NCBI RefSeq assembly: GCF_006345805.1
Contig: NW_021835244.1
Location: 1-41,436 of the forward strand
Direction of reading: 5' to 3'
Length of the DNA: 41,436 nucleotides
Source: Octopus sinensis
Lineage: Eukaryota
The notes below the pieces were generated by a model, which worked only from the letters and a program-made list of their open reading frames with translations, made no database searches and was not told the DNA's origin. Within the stretch, counting starts at the first letter, position 1. Each line of letters begins with the position of its first letter. Of the stretch, positions 25,069-37,269 are shown in pieces. Position numbers and translations under genes: made by a program.

Positions 25069-25579
25069 GTTAGTAAAATCCTCCTTGTTTCTCTTGTTCT
25101 TTTATTATTAACACAAAGAAAATTCCGGTTATTCTCTGCAGCTCACAATATAATGTCTTACGAAACAGGAACAACAGATACAGATATAAAGAAATAAACG
25201 TTTTACCATCCACACGCTTCACATATTCTTTCTGATGCATTTAAGGAGTCAACTGTATCACACAAACCCTAATTGACACACACACACACACACACACACA
25301 CAAGCACACATAATGACACACACATACACACAACAGCGCACGCAGGCATGAATGGGCATTCACATACACACATGTACAGAGACACATCCTCCTTCTAACT
25401 CACCCTCTCTCACATACATTCTCACTCACATCCGTACGACTACATAAGCATAGAACCAGAAGATAAGATTGATATTGAAGAGGTCATGAATGGCGACAAA
25501 ATGTCTCTAACAACCATAACTGGTTGAGAGAATAATTCGTTAACAAATGATTAAACAAATTGACGAATCATAAAGAAGT

Positions 25580-26005
25580 GAAATTGAACAAGTGCGAGCG
25601 TTTTTTATTGGCATAATGACCTCCCGGAGGTACAATAAATGCTCTAGTATTCGATCCTCAGAAAAGGGCAGCTTGGTAAGAAAGCCTACCCTCATCTATG
25701 GACATGAATGTTGATTAACGACCGGAAGAGTGTGATCACAAAAAAACAGAGGCCGAAATTAATTTCCTCCGAAGAATCTCTAGAATAACACTACTTGACA
25801 GGGTCCATGCTTCGGAGATGACGGCGCCTCTCCAAACCGGCAGAACATCTAAGGGCAGACCAAGAACAAGATGGTGAGATAATATCCAGTTTCAGTCGGT
25901 CCCGTTCGAGAATCCAGCCAGAAAGTGTATTGACAATTGCTTTTGATAGGACCCTATGCATGAGGTACTTCAGGACTCTATCTTCATGACCCTCACTAGA
26001 ATAAT
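25580..26005 (+). mobile_element. RTE-clade LINE 3' fragment, internally deleted
   Basis: PTLIYGHEC...AEINFLRRISRITLLDRV...GRPRTRW. Confidence 0.75.
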
Positions 26006-26899
26006 GAACATAGAGGATGAACATATGGAGGAAAATGTGCAGTGTTCGGATTAAATATGACGATCTTTATATCCCATTTTTTCAGGAAAAGCTTAAGGTA
26101 TTCGTGAACAGTCAATGGCGTTGGAGAGCATAAACATAAAGTTGTAGCTGAGAAAAATTTAGCTGACATGGAGAACTGGGATCCATCTGAATATTGGAAA
26201 ACAGTCACATGTATCATTATGTTTCGTACCGGTTATCAAAATGCTAACATCATGCTTGCTGCTCAATGCTTTGTGAACAATGTAAAGACTGTAAGACGTG
26301 ACATGGAGAGATTCAGCAGAAACTAGAAGCTAAAATTCGAATGCGAGAAGAAAATTATTTGAGAAGATCAAATATCAAGACAAGATAAATTCCAAGAAAC
26401 AAAAGAAAAATCAGGAATATAAAAAGTCTGACAAGATGGCACACTTCATGAAGATCAAATAATGTAGACGGTTCAATCAAGGCGTTGGTACACATGTGTG
26501 AAGAGAGGGTAAGAAAATGGGTGTCAGAAGGAGGAGAGAAGAGCAAAAGTGTTTTTTTATTGGAAGAAGAGTGAACACAATTAGTGAGAGACGGAAGAAG
26601 AGCGATTGCGTGGCGGTTATGTATATGGGAGTGAAATGGTTGCAGTTGATAGCGGCCAAGCAGTAATGAAAGGTAAAAGGAGGAGAGAGACGTGAATGAG
26701 TTAGAGGTACAAACCAAAGCAAGGTTTAAGAAAGTGAATGTGTGAGAGCACATGTGTGTGTGTGTGTCTGAAGAGTAAGTGTGCATGAATATGTCTGGGT
26801 CCATGTACCAGTGTATACTTGTTTGTATGTATGTGTAAATGATAGAAGACGCTAGGGGAAGAGGTGTGCGTGTGTGTGTGTGTGATAAAGTATGAAGAG

Positions 26900-27370
26900 A
26901 GTAACTATGATGACCGAGGTGAGATGTTTGTGTGTGTAAAATCTGCGGCGTGGGCAGGAATTGAAATCAAAAGTTGTATAAGTTTTGAGATAGAAGATAT
27001 ACATCACTTTCCTGAAGAAATGGAGAATCCGGTGCTGAAGGTCAACTTGAAAATCGAGAGGCGTTGGGTAGAGTGGTCGGTGAAGCGGAAACATCGAGTG
27101 ACTGGTGATGCTTTGCCAAGTAGGATGACTCTATGATACTTTAAGATGTCCTTGATATTATGGGCCAGTGTTCACCTAGATCGGATCACGAACAAGCCTT
27201 GTTTTGAGGATATGAGGCTGGTAAATGTCTTTACCGTGACCCTTTCCAAGGCTGCTGTGATTGGCTGGAGAAAAGGGAGGAAGATATCCTCAAACCAGAG
27301 ATATGCCTTGATTGTTTACATCAGAGAAGAAACCTCTGTTAAAGGCGGCCACGGTTCCAAGTGATGGACA
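26900..27370 (-). mobile_element. Highly degenerate Penelope-like GIY-YIG relic
   Basis: ...SPVTRCFRFTDHSTQRLSIF and ...IFYLKTYTTFDFNS resemble the PLE endonuclease tail PVxRHFxxxxHS...LIFxLxTxxPxGLN. Confidence 0.5.
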
Positions 27371-27608
27371 TAATATGGGGATCGATTACGTACACCACCC
27401 AAGAAAACATACACTTCATTATGTATAGAAATGTATATGCGCACACGTACATGCACACATACAAACACATACTCACAGATATACACATACATGCATACAT
27501 ACATACATACATACATACATACATACATACATACATACATACATACAACTTTCCAAAAGAAGAGTAGAATCAAATATGTGGAGCAGGGGCGCACATGAAG
27601 ACAAAATG

Positions 27609-27653
27609 TGTCACTGAAGAGGTCACAGATGCGCGACGAAAGATTTTCAGACA
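27609..27653 (+). ncRNA. Degenerate minimal hammerhead ribozyme motif (canonical C3-G8 core)
   Basis: tgtca-CTGAAGA-g-gtcac agatgc gcgac-GAAA-gattttc-agaca; mismatches in stems I and II; homologous to 38985-39034. Confidence 0.6.
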
Positions 27654-27896
27654 ATGGTCATGAGATAGAATAAGAACAATAATAAAGGTATATTTATTTG
27701 GCGAAAAAAAGGACCATCCCGAAATACAACAATATGTGTTTCAACACGGGATTTCACATCAGAAGTCTTGGAAAATAAATTCATAAACAAGTAAAAGAAT
27801 AAAAGACTAATAGACTATGTATTATAACATTTTATTATATATTTAAATTAAATGTCCTTGACAAGTCTTGCCAAGCAGTTTGTCCTTTCATTTTGC

Positions 27897-27961
<65 letters not shown>

Positions 27962-27962
<1 letters not shown>

Positions 27963-28333
27963 CATCACCGGAACTGTAAAAATCTGTACAACTCTCCACA
28001 AGTTTATCATTTATATATATACAATTATGTCTAGATTCGCAAGTGTATGCATGAGAATACATACATAGTGCAAAACATACGAATCTGTACTTATACATAC
28101 ATATATACATACGTAGATACATACATGCATACATACGTAGATACATACATACATACATACATACATACATACATACATACATACCATACATACATACATA
28201 CATACTACATACATACATACATATAAAAGTACCCTGTTAATGTTGTTGAAACTCTAATGAAGAGCCTAGATTAGAAACCGGTTCTCTCCTAATTGGCAAG
28301 AAATCTTCAAATAAAACTGAATACTGACATACA
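27962..28333 (+). mobile_element. 3' end of RLE family C (last codons + 3' UTR containing (CATA)n)
   Basis: ITGTVKICTTLHKFII and the following UTR match the reverse complement of ~11800-11930; ends gaatactgacatacat. Confidence 0.75.
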
Positions 28334-28662
28334 TCCTTAAACTTATATATTCAAAAGAGCAGCATACTATTGCTAATGTTTTCTAATTTTATTCAAATAT
28401 TTTTTGGCTCAGTTCATGCATTAAGACCATGTTTATTGTTCACATGTTTATAGTTCATAAATTAGGAAAAGGTTTATAGTCTTTGTTAATGTATAAGAAC
28501 ATGTTTATAGTCTTCCGTAATAATTTGGATTATATGTCTAACACGTATTAATTCCAACACTTAACACGTATATATTTGCTTCACATCACAAAGTATTTCT
28601 TGTTATTGCTATGCATGACACTATTTGGTTTCTAAATATGGATATTTATTTATGTTCTCTAG

Positions 28663-28754
28663 ATTACTCGTTGTTTCAACGGAATTTACAGTGTCAGACA
28701 TGTTCAGGGATGATGTGCAATCATTCAGGAGTGACAAACTGTCCAGGAGCAGAG
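28663..28754 (+). CDS. Host gene exon D (92 nt, phase 1/0), first part of Ly6/uPAR-like three-finger domain: (N)YSLFQRNLQCQTCSGMMCNHSGVTNCPGAE
   Basis: ttctctag acceptor, gag|gtaaac donor; LxCxxC start typical of three-finger domains; phase matches exons C and E. Confidence 0.88.
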
Positions 28755-28949
28755 GTAAACCGAAATGTTACTTTCTTCTTTTCCATTAAAATATATCTAC
28801 AACCATCACTCGACAGCCAGTGTGACCAGGTAGCTTGTACTATGCTCTCGCTAATTGTTTTAGGTGCCAGTGTAAACGTAGACACCCTCTCGGTATTTTT
28901 ATCCTTAACTCAATGGGACAGCAAGGATAAGACACATGAAGGGAGAGAT

Positions 28950-29080
28950 TGATGACCATCACTAGACTGGAACTCATTTTAAGTTAAGACTGGGTCAAAG
29001 CGAAATGAGGTGCCTTGTTTAAGAACACAACGTGCCACCCTGTCCAGGAATCGAACACGCGAACTTATGAGTGATCATTG
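28950..29080 (-). mobile_element. tRNA-derived SINE fragment
   Basis: Reverse complement has B-box gttcgattcc followed by gttgtgttcttaaacaaggcacct. Confidence 0.55.
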
Positions 29081-29089
29081 CCTGACAAA

Positions 29090-31420
29090 CATGGTTGTAC
29101 TTAGAGTGTGATATATGAATGCATGTGACCAGGAATCAATTCGGAAACAAAGGTCTCAGTTCAATGACCTCGGAACGCTAGATATAAAAAGGGTCGTTGG
29201 AAGTTGGACGTGTCCCTACCAGCTCGCAACGATTACAGGAAGCGTTTTAATGAATTAGTTAAGCATCAGGTGACAGAAGCAACCATGAAGAACCGGTGGT
29301 AGGACGTACTTAAGGGGCCTATTAGATGAGAATCGAAAGTGTTTCGAAAAGAGCTACCAATAAAGAGGAATAGAGTGGAAAGGTGATTAGGAGAGGTGCT
29401 TGGTAAAAGCATGGCAACCAACATTCTAGTGCTGAATTTGGCCCTCGAGCATTTCTTTAATGGAAAACAAGAAGACTGCGTTACCAGAGCAAAAGTCGTC
29501 TCTGCATTAAAACACGAGGGAACAAACACCCACAATTTGGCCTTTGGTGGATGGAAACGGTACGTGGTACTCGGTTTCGAAGAACAGATATGTATGGCTA
29601 CGGTCGAGTATTCGGGGCCGCTAATGATTCGGAGACAATAGGCGACCTCAAGTGCCTACCTCCATGGACTACCTGCTCCAGTGAGAAGCTGATGACACTA
29701 GCTCATATACTGGAGGTGATGAGCGAAGGAAGAAGGCACAAACTGCCATGTTAAGATGGTCTGCTTTCTGAGATTTACGAATTCATGCCAGATTTGCCTG
29801 GGAAACTCTTAAAAGATAATTATCGCAACTAGCAGCAGAACGGGGGGAATTCCTAGTGGTGTGAGACTGGAGTGGCAATGCCACTAAGAAAAGGAGACAC
29901 ATTATACAATTTTCGGCCCATAACTTTTGCAAATTCAGAATTTAACATATGGGTAAAAATGATAGCTTTTGTTAGGGTCGTGGACATTCTTTACTTGGAC
30001 GATATGCAAGAAGCGGCCGAGTTCGAACAATTTTTACAACACTTTTATTTGCTGCGATGCACAGCGACACCTACTCGGTGGTCAAAGTTTACAGCCTTTT
30101 CTCAAAGAAGGCTGCCCTCTCTCTCGCCTCACATGTAGGTGCCGGGTTTTAAGTCACAACAGCGATAGATGGAACCAGCTCAAAGATGTTCCTTTCGAAC
30201 TGGAAAGTCCTTGTCAGTTTATGCGGACGATGCCATTGTCACGGTATTGGATACTACCGAAGTGAAAACAAACGGTACAATTTTAAAAGAATACGAAACG
30301 GTGGCATGCACTAAGATCAACTTGGACAATTGAGTAGATATAAAGCTAGGCATCTGGAGAGGCAGGTGGAGAGGCTGGCGAAAAGTGTTGTGCTACCCTG
30401 GCACGGTGAACAGCTTAAATTACTTGGCGTCTGGATATCTCCCTACGTCCAGGTGGAGAAGGACTGAAAAAAGATAAGGAGCAGCGTGGCTAGTCTTAAT
30501 CAGAAATGGGCTGAAATAAAGCTGTCTCCGAAGGGTCGGGCAGTGGTGAGGAAATGTCTTATCACCTATTTTATTGATTATCACATGACCATTATGCCCT
30601 GTCCCAGCTTCTATTACACTGGATTTACTTTTCGTGGAAGAGAAGTGTTCCGATTATCGAACAGCCTATCTTTGTGCAGCTCCTTCTGAAAGACGGGTTA
30701 GGAATGCTCTTGCTGCCAATGCACAGGCACGCGTTGAGGGTGTGGAGACCGATCGTGAAGCACGTTTTTTCGCGGTTCGTGTCTGTGAATGGGCTTCGGT
30801 CCTCAGTGAACTTAAGACCAAGATTAGATTCCCGGTATCTATTATGTCATCAGGCAATCTATCCCTCTCGTAGTTGTGTAACTGAATCTGTAGACGCTCC
30901 ACTCTAGCAATGTAGAGGATTTGTAGCAAGGAAGAATGAATGTATCCTCCGAGAAAGTTTAGATGTCGATGGAAACAAATTGGTTACTCTGTTCAGGAGG
31001 ACTTTCGGATCGAGAACTACTATGGTTAACTTCCGGAAGCCTCAGTTCAGGAAGTGCTATCAAGGCACCCTAGCTGTTCGAGCTTTTCTGAGATGCGAGC
31101 AGAGCGATAAAACCATTCTGCACACAGTCGTTCAGTGTCAGGGAATTGCTGACTTGTAGAGTTATATCGAATAAATGTTGTGTGTAAAGCGGATCTGGCT
31201 AATGGCTGAGTCTATAAGGATTATATCCCGTCCCTCTCCTGGAACTGGGCAGAGAACATAGTTTTTCTTTGTCTTGTGGCTTTAGCGATAGAGGTTGTTT
31301 GGTAGACGAGATTGAAAGTTATGAGAACAGAGAAATATATAAACCTGCCAACGAAAAGATGGAAGAGGATTAAATCTTCCCTCATACCAAGTACTTCATC
31401 AAAGTTTCCAGAACATAACT
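29090..31420 (+). mobile_element. Degenerate L1/Tx1-like LINE ORF2 relic
   Basis: NFRPITFANSEFNI, GCPLS, SVYADDA (YADD 30220-30231), KLLGV, LSPKGRAVV, GLGM, C-terminal RCEQSDKTILHTVVQC knuckle; many stops and deletions. Confidence 0.8.
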
Positions 31421-32302
31421 GGTTGGGGATTATTTCAAGTGGAAAAGGCAAAACCTATATATTTAAAACGCAGCCAAAACCCGGGTTGAAATTGCCAGAC
31501 ATGTCCTGGACAACACAGTTATACTCCAGTACATGGGTCAAAGAATCTCAAGTGAGAAAATAAGAGAGACTGAAAACGACACAGAGCTATGGTTCACATC
31601 AACTGATATTGAATCGAGCCGGATATAAGTACATGGCTGCATCCTCTTCTGTTTTACTGTCTGTCCTCTTCTCAGATCTTTTTTTGTTCTCTTGAAGCTG
31701 AATTACCTTATTTAATACTTCATTCATTTGAAATCACCAACTTTATTTGTTTTTTGAAGTTTCAGGTTCAAATTAAGGTTACACACATCTTATTTCTAAC
31801 TTTGTGGTCGATATTTTCATTGCCTTTTATTGTTACCAGGTTTTTGCGATCATTAATTGTATTTTCGTTTTGTATCGTCCTTTTTATCTTCTAAATTTCT
31901 GGTATTTTTTCGTTTTCAGAATCTATCTTATTAAGTTAACTTGTTTGTTGAAGTCCGATACGTTTAGATCTGGGCCATTTTCTCTCCAAATTTTATACAA
32001 ATATATTGTATTTTCATTTCGTGACTATAAACTATGCTTGAGGAATAGAAGCATATTTCTCTTGCGTCCATTTTATGCATTTTCTGTTTTATTTGCTAGA
32101 CTTGAGGAGTTCAGTCTGACAATTATATTTAATTATCATCTTTCTGTGCGGATGTATTAGTTTCCGTTCCTGGTGAGTTTTGCACACGTTATTTTTTTCG
32201 TAAATTTTGCGCAAAAGAAATTCCAGTGTGCATTCTTCGATTGAGAAGAAACTTGGATTGAATGATATTTTGTGTTTTATTGGAATTATTTGACGAATTT
32301 AA

Positions 32303-32522
32303 GGTGGCGAGCTGGCAGAATCGAGAGAGCACTGGACGAGATGCTTAGCGGTATTTTGCCCGTCGTTACGTTCTGAGTTTAAATTCCACCAAGGTCGACT
32401 TTGCCTTTCATCCTTTCGAGGTCACTAAATAAAGTTCCAGTGAGACACTGAGGTGTATGTAATCGAGTAGTCCTCTCCTCTCAAAATTTCAGACCTTGTG
32501 TCTATGATAGAAAGGATTATTT
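32303..32522 (+). mobile_element. tRNA-derived SINE
   Basis: Same family as 18378-18805. Confidence 0.8.
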
Positions 32523-32889
32523 CACTAATTGTAAGTTTGATGGTGAATGACAAAGAGTTGTGATTTTAATATGGACTTTAATTCGATGGCCATGTTTATA
32601 TGTGATCCGAGCGCGTTGGTATTCATGAAGCATTTCAAGAAATGTTATTTATAAATGGTAAATATCAATAAACTTTCAAAGGGATCACTTAATCTATTAT
32701 CTTACAACGCTCTCGCAAATTATTTTCGGTCTTATTTGCTGTTCTGGGATATTCTTTGTAACAATGATTAAACTCTTTTGCGTGGTAAACATCTCCAGCG
32801 TTGTAGTTGTTGTTGTTGCTGTAGTTAGCAGTAGTCGTACAAGTGAATGTCGTGGTTGTAGTATATGACTGTTATATCTATTCTTACAG

Positions 32890-33073
32890 CCTGTTTGTCG
32901 GTTGACTTTATCAATGAAAGGTGTTACACTGAGGTTTGAAAGGTCCTGCAGCACATACAGAAAATGTGTGGAAGCTATGAGAAACAATAGCCACAGATGC
33001 AAGAAATGGACCGATGGCACTTCCTGTACTGGTTGTTGCGTCGGAAACTTGTGTAACAAGAATGACTTCATGG
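32890..33073 (+). CDS. Host gene exon E (184 nt, phase 0/1), rest of three-finger domain: PVCRLTLSMKGVTLRFERSCSTYRKCVEAMRNNSHRCKKWTDGTSCTGCCVGNLCNKNDFM(G)
   Basis: ttcttacag acceptor, g|gtaagt donor; ends with the diagnostic CCxxNLCN motif. Confidence 0.9.
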
Positions 33074-33698
33074 GTAAGTGTTATTTATTATCTAACTACA
33101 TCTGATTTATTACACCTTAGTAGTTAGTAAGAACATTGATTAATAGTTTATATATAGGAAGCTATTTTATTGTGTGCATGTGCGTGTGGCATGTGTGTGT
33201 GCAAATGTGTGTGCATGTGTGTACATATGTGCGTATGCTTTGAGATAAATTTCTTTAATTTTCCCCGAGATAAAAGTCACACAGCACTTTTTTTTTATTT
33301 AAAGCTCCCGTTCCTGTATGGTTGCATTCTATTTACAATCGATCAGGAAGTTTTGACTGGTGAAGTCTTGTCTCCCGCAAGGAACATATGAACTTCCGCA
33401 AAACAGGAGCGCATATTCTATCGGGGTTGACAAATGATCGTTTATGTCTATGATAATGATGTCTGAATGATTCTTCCGTTACCCTAATATATACTTTAGG
33501 TTCATTCCTGTAATTTGATTCAGTATGAATGCTAAATACTATCGACTTTGCCAGACAGTTACCCTCTAGGGGGCAGTTCTAACGAATTCCGGAGGTTGCA
33601 TAATACTTACTGGCCAGCCAGCTGTTTGCATCTTTTGTCGATTCAGCTTCCCAGCATTATAAGCTTTGATACAGCAACTGGAATCCTGGAAATTTATG

Positions 33699-33750
<52 letters not shown>

Positions 33751-33957
33751 TATATATTCTTGATTTTTATATAATTTTCATCTGTCTTGCCCGCCTATGG
33801 TCTGGTGTTGGCTGAATTTTCTTTGGGGAACATTCTTTCTTTGTAGTTAAATCGTATGTGATCTACTTCTAGCATATGGCTGTCCACATAGTGGTTTTTT
33901 AGCCCTAAATACACACACACACACATATATATATATGTATATATACATATATGTATA

Positions 33958-34140
33958 CTAGCAGTATCGCCCGGCGTTGCTCGGGTTTGTAAGGGAAATA
34001 ACTATATAAGCATTTTTAGAGAGTTATAGCCAAAAAATAGCAAAACATTTGGTTAAACTGCACCGCAAAATGTGGGAGTAGTTAGGAATCTAAATCGAAG
34101 GGGACAGACACTCACACAACTACAGTTATATATATATAGA
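33958..34140 (-). mobile_element. Non-autonomous mini-Helitron (183 bp)
   Basis: Minus strand reads A|TC...cccgagcaacgccggg hairpin...CTAG|T, no TSD. Confidence 0.8.
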
Positions 34141-34186
34141 TATACATAGCGCAGTAGTGGTGAGATGTGACAGCAAAGAAAAGCAT

Positions 34187-34749
34187 ACATTCACTCTCTG
34201 CATGCAATTAGACTCGGAAAGTTCGTGAGGAACCCATTGACCCAATTTGCTGACTTTTCCGATAGCACACAGGTCTCAATGAATGGTTGAATGACCAAAT
34301 CCAAGCTTCTCTGCTAGTTCCTCAACAGTTACGATGAGATTTTGTTCCACCAGGGTTTTCAGGATGTCCTTGTCGAGTTCTACAGATCTTTCAGTATGAG
34401 GCTCGTCTTCTAGGCTGTAGTTTATGGCTCGGAATTTCTGGAACCACCATTGACACTGCCTTACGCTTATTGTCCAATCCCCATATACTGCATTAATATT
34501 TCTTGTACTTTCCGTTGCGTTGTTGTCTTTATTGAACTCATAAAGCAAAATATGCAAATATGCTCCTTTGTTACTTCCAACATAGCTTTGAAAAAAATAG
34601 CTGTTAAAATCGAAATGCACTCTTCAAAACTTGCACTATGAATAAGGACAAGATAAAATTACTACCTGCTTTTATAGCAAGTTAATATAAGTAGTTTATC
34701 CCATTCCCCTCTGACTTTTAGTTCAAGCTGTTGAAAAAACCGCATTATT
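34187..34749 (-). mobile_element. Mariner 5' fragment
   Basis: HILLYEFNKDNNATESTRNINAVYGD...WFQKFR; same family as 19002-19604. Confidence 0.88.
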
Positions 34750-35819
34750 ATATATATATACATACATACATACATACATATACACACACACTCTCTCTCT
34801 CACACACATGCACACATTTATATTCTGTTATTCTTTTATATGTTTCAGCCTTGAGGTTGTGGCCATGCTGGATCATGTGTGTGTGTGTGTGTCTATCTGT
34901 CTGTCTGTCTGTATATATATATGTATATGTATGTGTGTGAACAATAATATTTTCAACAGATGTGTTGCAAATGTATCTGATTGTTCTCAAGCTTCAATAC
35001 TGTGTGTGTGTATGTGTGTGTGTATGTATGTATATGTATGTATGTATGTATATGTATGTATGTATGTGTGTATGTATGTATATGTGTGTGTATGTATGTA
35101 TGTGTGTGTATGTGTGTGTGTGTATGTATGTATGTATGTATGTATGTATGTATGTATGTATGTATGTATGTATGTATGAGTGTATGTTTACTTTATTACT
35201 AACACAAGCCACTACGGTTATTTAATGTAAAGTCTTCCTCAAATCACTCTCTCTTGCTATTTACTCTCTTCCAAGAACATTTTCACTCACTCTTATGTCT
35301 TAGCTTCCTATACATTTTGCTCATGTATCTATCAGCGTCATAGACAGAAACAAATATTACATCGCCATCGTCACCGCATTCTATTGTCTACCTGTCAACA
35401 CACTGAATTACTTTCACTTTATTCGTAGCATACTGTGTGTGTGCGTTTGCGTGTGCCGTAAACCAGACTAAGAAAAGCATTTGACATACACACCAGAATG
35501 TGAGTTTTCTGTAAATTTTGCTTAATTGGAGTTTAAATTTTAAAAACTGGACCTGGCATGACCCGATGCATTCTACTCTTAAAAATGCTAGGTAAATTGT
35601 AATTGAAGAAATCCTATATTGTAGATTTCTATAAGATACAAAGGAGGCAGATAAAATCTGCCTTTTATAATAAGAGATATATTAGTACCAGTTACGCACT
35701 GGGGGCGGTGTATATAAACCTACATTGCATTTAACTGTTTATATTAATTGTTTTAGTATACGCATTAGCATTTCGTTAATTTAGCCACAAATATTTCTAG
35801 CAAAAATACATCTACAACA

Positions 35820-35939
35820 GGCGCAGGAGTGGCTCTGTGGTAAGAGGTTTACATCTCGGAGGAGTATCTTCTACTGCAACTTCGGGCCAACCAATCTTTG
35901 TGAGTCGATTTGGTAGACGGAAACTGAAAGAAGATTGTC

Positions 35940-35942
<3 letters not shown>
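35820..35942 (+). mobile_element. tRNA-derived SINE 5' part, internally deleted
   Basis: ggcgcaggagtggctctgtggtaag...gatttggtagacggaaactgaaagaag; same family as 14893-15147. Confidence 0.75.
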
Positions 35943-35991
<49 letters not shown>

Positions 35992-36181
35992 ATAAATATT
36001 AGGGAATAAATCCAAACTTACAGGGAAAAATCAGATTTAGGATTGAATCCAATTTTATAATAAAATATTATATTATATTAAATTAGAGACAAAACCACTA
36101 TTATGCAATTCAAACAAAGAAAGACTTAATCCAATACATACATTAATTTATATTATTTAGAAATTTAACAATTATTAATAT

Positions 36182-36245
36182 CCACTACGATCGTTTCATG
36201 TCTTCTTTTCAACACATCTTTGAGTAGTAGACATTCTTCAGGTGG
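36182..36245 (-). ncRNA. Type-I hammerhead ribozyme with intact core
   Basis: Minus strand: ccac-CTGAAGA-atgtct...agacat-GAA-ACGATCGT-A-gtgg; stem I 4 bp, stem II at least 6 bp, palindromic stem III, GUA cleavage triplet. Confidence 0.85.
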
Positions 36246-37269
36246 TTTCAAATCTAAAATATAATCAATATTTTTAAGATATAAGCAATCTATATAACCT
36301 AAAATAATAATTTACTTATAATAAACTCTATTATTAAATATGATTATATCGAAATCGACTATAATGTTAAATATTAACTTTAATTTATAAGGCAGAAAAT
36401 GCATATTCTAATATCCATTTTAGTCAATATCTACTTATATAGATTTTTGAAATGACTAATATATATACATTATCAATGAAAAAATATATAAATATTATAA
36501 TCAAGATCTAAAATAATCTCTATAAACGATAGTATATAATGAAAACCTAATATATTTAATTTCTCATCTTTAAAGATGAAATTGCTAATTTCAAAATACA
36601 AAAAATATATATACATGCTCACGCTCATATATATATGTATGTATATAAACATATATAAATACGTACATAAACACACACACACATATATATATATCTATAC
36701 ATACACATATAGATATAGACACGGATATATTTTATAATGCAGCCCTATACTTCTACACATTACTTATCATACTCGCACACACACACATACAATCACTCAT
36801 TCATAAACGTATACTCTCAGCAAGACACTAACACAGAGGATAAATAACATCCAGTAGCCGCAGATACTCAACCACATACTTATAGAAATATTCCATTCTT
36901 AGTAATATAGTATTAAATAAATACTATAAGTACTATAAACAAAATTATGGATGGGAATAATTATCTAAAATTATGCTATTAAATTAGACATGGCCTAAAC
37001 CATCTTAAGTCGAAATCTATCTAATTTATCAAAATTTATCTAAATTATTTAATATCTAATAACATAGAAAAATACGATAAATAGATCATTACATAAACAA
37101 CAATATTAACATAAGGAGAATATTATTACTCCAAAGGCTTATACAATATTAAAAATTAACAATTTGAAGATCCACGAAACACGTGGACCAAAACTTAGTC
37201 CGGTGATTCCAAAGACAGTTACGGGGCAGTTATCTCCCTTGCAAGGGTGTGTGTGTGTATAGGGGTGTA

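Noticed and set aside
26040-26350. Possible Tc1/mariner-type transposase N-terminus (MENWDPSEYWK...)
   Set aside because: Too degraded; no TIR pair or catalytic motif visible.
28254-28284. Hammerhead-like CTAATGA...GAAACCGGTT in the RLE family C 3' UTR
   Set aside because: G5 is missing and neither stem I nor stem II pairs.
37153-37180. ttgaaga-tccac-gaaacacgtgg as a hammerhead
   Set aside because: No stem II closure or UH triplet; better explained as a small tccacg/cgtgga hairpin.
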